Source: Bdellovibrionales bacterium (GTDB lineage Bacteria > Bdellovibrionota > Bdellovibrionia > Bdellovibrionales > UBA1609). Taken from it: 64,000 nucleotides of DNA. This document shows, piece by piece, positions 59,874 through 64,000 of the stretch. Under the pieces are notes generated by a model. That model searched no databases. It had not been told where the DNA came from and worked only from the letters and a program-made list of their open reading frames with translations. Each line of letters starts with the position of its first letter. Within the stretch, counting starts at the first letter, position 1. The position numbers and the translations under genes are program-made. The DNA is taken from positions 384,001-448,000 of the forward strand of contig OZ241877.1 of NCBI GenBank assembly GCA_965203095.1, read 5' to 3'.

Positions 59874-60025
59874 GTCCCCCGTGAAAAAGCTGGACAAAAA
59901 ACCTCGTCCTCTTTTTCCTGCTTTTGTCCAAAGGCCATTCGGTGATGGTCCAAGGTATTGCCGTCCCGAAATGGAATGGTCCTTTGGACAAAAAAGTTAA
60001 AAAACAAAGCTTTTTCACGAGTCAT
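59874..60025 (+). mobile_element. MITE-like palindromic element, copy 3
   Basis: Nearly identical to copy 1; TIRs gtcccccgtgaaaaa / tttttcacgagtcat; preceded back-to-back by a degenerate TIR at 59852-59866. Confidence 0.85.
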
Positions 60026-60133
60026 TGATTATAGTATTTAAGAAAAATTAAAACTTAAGCCTTGTTTTGTGATTTTCTGTTTAAATATGGATCTTATATG
60101 CCGATAATATGTATACTGATGAGTTATTTTAAT

Positions 60134-61471
60134 ATGAAAACCCTTTTCTTCTGTCTGCTTTTCTTTTTATTGAGTTGTATGCAGGGTTCTTCCCCAACTA
60201 CTCCTACTGGTCTCACAGATGCTCCTCCACCCATTGAGAGGAAGTTCCCTAAACGACCAGACCCCATAAAACAAGCAGAATGCAATAAAAAAAGCCGTAG
60301 CAATGTATGTGAGGATAAGAAGGATTGTAAAGATATTTGCGATGATGTGTTTCGCTCTCGTGCGGACAAGAAGGACTGCTACAGGCTTCCGGAAAGCATA
60401 GTTGCTGAATTTGAAAAATTATTGGAGTTTGTAGAGGATGGGGATGTCCAGGATATAGACCCAGAGATTTTAGATTGTATGTTGGACATTGATGAGAGGG
60501 AGTTTGCCCGTTCGGTTAAAAAGATGAATCGGAGTGAGGCTAAGAGGTTTTTGGTAGCGGTTGCAGACGATGAGTCTTTAGCTGATGTGTTGGAGGGGGA
60601 AGATGATGAGTTTATGATTCTCAAGCAGGTTTTGAATAAGGGGACAGGGAGTAATGATTTGATTGTTCATTTGACTAAGGAGATTGATGATGACAAGAGT
60701 TTTTTTTGGCTATCGGCCGCTGGCAGTGAGAAGGCTTGGGAGTATTTTGATAATTATGTTGGGGATGAATGTGATAGTTCTCCGCCCGATATATGTTCTT
60801 CGGGGGATAATATTCAGGCTTATTGCAATGCCCTTGACGATGACCATATAAACAAGAGGGATTTAGAGGATTTTTTAACTGAGGCGGATCTTTTTGCTGA
60901 GGAATATGAGGAGGATGTGGAGGATGAGGATTATTTGTATGAGGTGGATGGTACTTCTGGCGACAATGATTTCCGGGATTGGTGTGAGAATACAGTTTTA
61001 TCTCCTAACCGCCCCACCCCTTGCCCTTCTGCTGGAACCGATCTTCCGGCAAATGAAAAATTAGCGACAATAACTTTTGCGGGAGCTACAGACCAATACT
61101 ATGTTATTGCTGGAGGTTTTTGTGGAAGAGGAAGTTCTCTAGACACTTTCGACCCGGGAATGGGTAGTGTGACTCCGGATCAAGATGTCATTCTCAAACT
61201 TAGTGATTACAGCACTGGGGAGTTGTATGTAGATAAAAGTAAAATAGGTTATAGCACTTCTAAAAAATACTATCTTTATATTGGAAATACCCCCCGACAT
61301 GACCTCAACGACAGTCCCGAAGATAGAACAGAAACTTGCCCAGAGATTACTAACCCCAGACCAGTTATCAGCTGGACCGGCTTTTTTGGCACTAATAGTT
61401 TCGATAGTCCTAAAGATGTTTGGTTAGCCAGTGATGACGGCAATGGCGGGAATTGCACATATTACAAATAA
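60134..61471 (+). CDS. Cys-rich acidic lipoprotein, two-domain
   Basis: Lipobox LLSC after MKTLFF; C-x(5)-C-x(3)-C repeats; Asp/Glu-rich middle; Pro linker; distinct C-terminal domain. Confidence 0.7.
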   Translation: MKTLFFCLLFFLLSCMQGSSPTTPTGLTDAPPPIERKFPKRPDPIKQAECNKKSRSNVCEDKKDCKDICDDVFRSRADKKDCYRLPESIVAEFEKLLEFVEDGDVQDIDPEILDCMLDIDEREFARSVKKMNRSEAKRFLVAVADDESLADVLEGEDDEFMILKQVLNKGTGSNDLIVHLTKEIDDDKSFFWLSAAGSEKAWEYFDNYVGDECDSSPPDICSSGDNIQAYCNALDDDHINKRDLEDFLTEADLFAEEYEEDVEDEDYLYEVDGTSGDNDFRDWCENTVLSPNRPTPCPSAGTDLPANEKLATITFAGATDQYYVIAGGFCGRGSSLDTFDPGMGSVTPDQDVILKLSDYSTGELYVDKSKIGYSTSKKYYLYIGNTPRHDLNDSPEDRTETCPEITNPRPVISWTGFFGTNSFDSPKDVWLASDDGNGGNCTYYK

Positions 61472-61493
61472 TCCATTAAACTTTTTTATCTTA

Positions 61494-61650
61494 AAGGCCA
61501 TTCCATTTCAATCTCAAGCATTCCAACCTTGTTCGTCGTTCCCGTTTTGAGCGGGAATCCATGAGTCTTTGTCCTTTTCACAAAGTTTGTTAAAAAGCCC
61601 CTACCCTTTAGCTTTTTTTAGCAAAAACGGCTCTTGTTCGGGACGAAATA
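61494..61650. repeat. Scrambled fragments of the repeat family, including a dRS3-like hairpin
   Basis: aaggccattccatttc (stem arm), gtcgttcccgttttgagcgggaatcc (61535-61560), aagtttgttaaaaagccc, gttcgggacg (core end). Confidence 0.7.
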
Positions 61651-61719
61651 TATCGAATCCAAACAAATTTATGGACTTTTTGCCTCAGTCAGCTATAATA
61701 ACAGCTCCAGGAGGGCAAA

Positions 61720-62403
61720 ATGGATTCATCTGATAGACAAAAAATAGACGAGATTTGGAGCATACTCAGAGAAACTGCTCGACGTCAAAAAGAGCGTCAG
61801 GAAGAACTGGCTCAACAAGAGAAACTGCGTGCTCAACAAAAGAAACTGCGTGCTCAACAAAAGAAACTGCGTGCTCAACAAGAGAAAAAGCAAAGGGAAG
61901 AGATGGCTCAACAAGAGAAAAAACGAAGGGAAGAGTTTGATCGGCACAGAAGAGAAACTGACCGGCGGATAAGGAAGTTAGATGAGCTTTTCACTTCTCA
62001 ATGGGGTCGCCTTATGGAAAGCCTTGTGGAAGGGGATTTGATTAAGGTTTTAGGAGAAAGAGGCGTTAAGATAGAAAATACCTATACCAATCTCAAAAAA
62101 GAATATGGGGAAGACCGATACGAATATGACATTATCGCGGCCAATGGGGAGGAAGTGGTGGTGGTTGAGGTTAAAACCACTTTGAGGGTCAAATATGTCA
62201 AGGCTTTTTTAGAGGATGTGCGAAAATTCACTACTCGGCGAAAGGTTTATAAGGGCCTTACAATTTATGGTGCGGTGGCTTTTTTGAGGACAGAGGAGGC
62301 GGCCAGCCGGTATGCTGAGTCTCAAGGTCTTTTTGTAATAAGGGCGACGGGGTCCAGTGCCAGCATAATCAACAAAGCCACTTTTAAACCCAAGCTTTTT
62401 TAA
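61720..62403 (+). CDS. Coiled-coil + PD-(D/E)XK nuclease-fold protein (DUF3782-like)
   Basis: N-terminal heptad repeats, WGRLMESLV, EYDIIA…VVVEVK.TL. Confidence 0.8.
   Translation: MDSSDRQKIDEIWSILRETARRQKERQEELAQQEKLRAQQKKLRAQQKKLRAQQEKKQREEMAQQEKKRREEFDRHRRETDRRIRKLDELFTSQWGRLMESLVEGDLIKVLGERGVKIENTYTNLKKEYGEDRYEYDIIAANGEEVVVVEVKTTLRVKYVKAFLEDVRKFTTRRKVYKGLTIYGAVAFLRTEEAASRYAESQGLFVIRATGSSASIINKATFKPKLF
61810..61935 (+). repeat. In-frame tandem repeats: 3 x 21 bp plus 2 x ~33 bp
   Basis: gctcaacaa(g/a)agaaactgcgt x3, then gctcaacaagagaaaaa(g/a)c(a/g)aagggaagag x2. Confidence 0.9.
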
Positions 62404-62482
62404 TTAAAACAGGAATTTTTTTTCACAATTCATTATCTAAAAGTGATTGCTTTATAGCTATTATTGGAATAAATGGGACGGG

Positions 62483-63220
62483 ATGAATATTCTCATTGTT
62501 TTTTGTTTTGCATTGGTTCTTTTCTTGTCCTGTTTGTTGGTGGCTCACTTTGGGAAAGGGTGGAATTTAAAACCTTTTGTGGCCTTTGGGGCCGGGGCTT
62601 TACTGTCGGTTTGTTTTTTGGATTTTCTCCCCCAGGCTTTTGATAAAAACCATGTTTTTGAAAAAACCCCTTTTTTTATCTTATTGGGGGTTATGGCTCA
62701 AAGTCTGGCCGATATTTACCTCCTCAACCGATTGAGCTTTTTAGACAAATGGCTCAAAACAGGTTCTTCCTCTCTCCCTCATGAGCACTCTCATACACTT
62801 AATCCGGGCACAGTGTGCTCTGTGACAGGTTGTTTGACTATATGCTCTTTTTTTGACGGTATTCGTTTATTTTCTGCTCTATTTATTGATGAGTTAGTGG
62901 CTTTCACGACAGCTGTGGGATTGTTTTTCCATCTCTTGTCTGAAGGGGTTTTGCTGGCTATTTTGGCCCTGTCTTCTGGCATTAAACTGCGGGTTCTTTT
63001 AATATTGGCACTGTGTATGGCTGGGGCTTTGATCTTAGGGGCTTTGTTGGCCCAGTCTTTTTCTGTTAGCTTTTCCTCCAGCTTGCTGATTGCTTTTTCT
63101 TCAGGAATTTTGATTTATGTTTGTTTTGTTCATCTTTTGCCACTTTGCCTGAAACAAAATAAAAAACTGTGGTTTTTTTCCGGTTTGGTTTTATTTTCTG
63201 CCTTTCATTTCCTTATTTGA
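62483..63220 (+). CDS. ZIP-family metal transporter
   Basis: AFGAGALLSVCFLDFLP, His-rich loop HEHSH, FHLLSEG, SSGILIYV. Confidence 0.8.
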   Translation: MNILIVFCFALVLFLSCLLVAHFGKGWNLKPFVAFGAGALLSVCFLDFLPQAFDKNHVFEKTPFFILLGVMAQSLADIYLLNRLSFLDKWLKTGSSSLPHEHSHTLNPGTVCSVTGCLTICSFFDGIRLFSALFIDELVAFTTAVGLFFHLLSEGVLLAILALSSGIKLRVLLILALCMAGALILGALLAQSFSVSFSSSLLIAFSSGILIYVCFVHLLPLCLKQNKKLWFFSGLVLFSAFHFLI

Positions 63221-63325
63221 AAACGAGCTTTTTTTGAAATGAGAATGTTTGCTAAAAGCCCTCCAACTTTTTGGTCCCGCGAAAATAGAAATTCAGAAAA
63301 GCGAGCCTAAAACCCCGGGCTTTTG

Positions 63326-63898
63326 TTAAGAAAAAACTTCCAAAAAATTTTCCGGTAAATTTAAAATCAGTTTTTTTTGAGAAAAAAATATCTCATGAAC
63401 ATACTCTTTCACAAAGGGGATCAAAAGGGCAGGTTCTTGTTCCTGCTGAACCAGCAAAAAATCTTGAAATGAATGAGAATAAAAAGCCTGAACCTCTCCT
63501 ATAAGCCCTCGGCCTAAGGCATGAACAGAAAAAGATCTCAACTCAGTGAGATAAATGAACTCTCCTTTTCGACTTTGGAATAGCGACTTGGGCAAAAAAA
63601 CAGCTTGATCTCTTAGGCTTTCAGCAGAAGACTTGTCCCTCACCTGATCCAAATAAAAAATAAGCCCTCCTTTGTGAACAGAATACTTTTTAACAGAAAA
63701 ATGGCTTTTCCCAATAAATAACTGTTTGATGGGCTGAGGCCATTTTAATGGATCATTTAAGCAGTAAACAAAAATTCCACCTTTTACCCCCTGAGGTTTA
63801 AGCACAGTGCCCACTTTTAAACATGAAGATGGATCGGGATAGAATGACTGCCGGATGGAGTTGGTTTTTTTAAAAACGAGGGGCAGGGCCTTTTTCAT
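63326..63898 (-). CDS. rimM: Ribosome maturation factor RimM
   Basis: VGTVLKPQGVKG, GEFIYL.EL, LLIPFV, khpA-rimM gene order. Confidence 0.85.
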   Translation of the reverse strand: MKKALPLVFKKTNSIRQSFYPDPSSCLKVGTVLKPQGVKGGIFVYCLNDPLKWPQPIKQLFIGKSHFSVKKYSVHKGGLIFYLDQVRDKSSAESLRDQAVFLPKSLFQSRKGEFIYLTELRSFSVHALGRGLIGEVQAFYSHSFQDFLLVQQEQEPALLIPFVKEYVHEIFFSQKKLILNLPENFLEVFS

Positions 63899-64000
63899 CT
63901 TCCTCAACAAGGTAAAAAACACAACGTTTGTTTTGTTTTACGCCAAATGCCCCCACGATAGTCCTCAGGGCCTCAATGTTTTTACCATTCCTTCCAATAA
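63870..64000 (-). CDS. khpA: KH-domain RNA-binding protein, 3' part (runs off the window)
   Basis: Minus-strand translation IGRNGKNIEALRTIVGAFGVKQNKRCVFYLVEEDEKGPAPRF*; GxxG KH loop. Confidence 0.85.
   Translation of the reverse strand, partial: IGRNGKNIEALRTIVGAFGVKQNKRCVFYLVEEDEKGPAPRF

Noticed and set aside
23938..59970. 27-nt core as a CRISPR repeat
   Set aside because: Copies are kilobases apart, on both strands and inside hairpins; there is no regular spacer array and no cas gene
59816..60025. 69-aa ORF across MITE copy 3
   Set aside because: Chance open frame in a repeat, with no transposase motifs
1236..62982. Many 60-135-aa ORFs antisense to or nested in long genes
   Set aside because: Shadow frames of well-supported genes, with no recognisable motifs

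Overview
AT-rich bacterial chromosome segment, most likely from a Bdellovibrionota (Oligoflexia/Bdellovibrionales-like) organism. This assignment is an inference from the spdEFG1-type fusA, the GldA/F/G-DUF4340 ABC module, the deltaproteobacterial-type gspI-N genes, a large Tad-domain protein and an LspA-HAMP fusion. Most of the window is housekeeping: fusA, uvrB, serS, tsaD, rplM/rpsI, truA, asd, tRNA-Pro(GGG), rpmF, acpP, recX, recO, scpAB, lepB, rimM and khpA. Several normally conserved operons look broken up, for example rpmF-acpP-rpiB with no plsX/fab genes, recX without recA, and gspI-N without gspC-H. Accessory genes include a PLD-SNF2 helicase fusion, an orphan ParA, an AAA+DUF4143 ATPase, a tandem-repeat coiled-coil PD-(D/E)XK protein and several secreted or lipoproteins. 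The strongest unexplained signal is a modular family of intergenic palindromic elements. It comprises ~153-bp MITE-like copies with 15-bp TIRs and 6-7-bp AT-rich target duplications, a near-invariant 27-nt core (GAGGGTCCAAGGTATTGCCGTCCCGAA) carried on different compensated stems, and Neisseria dRS3-like hairpins. Inverted pairs of these elements bracket the T2SS module and the Tad-domain gene. No transposase, integrase, reverse transcriptase, CRISPR array or rRNA was seen.
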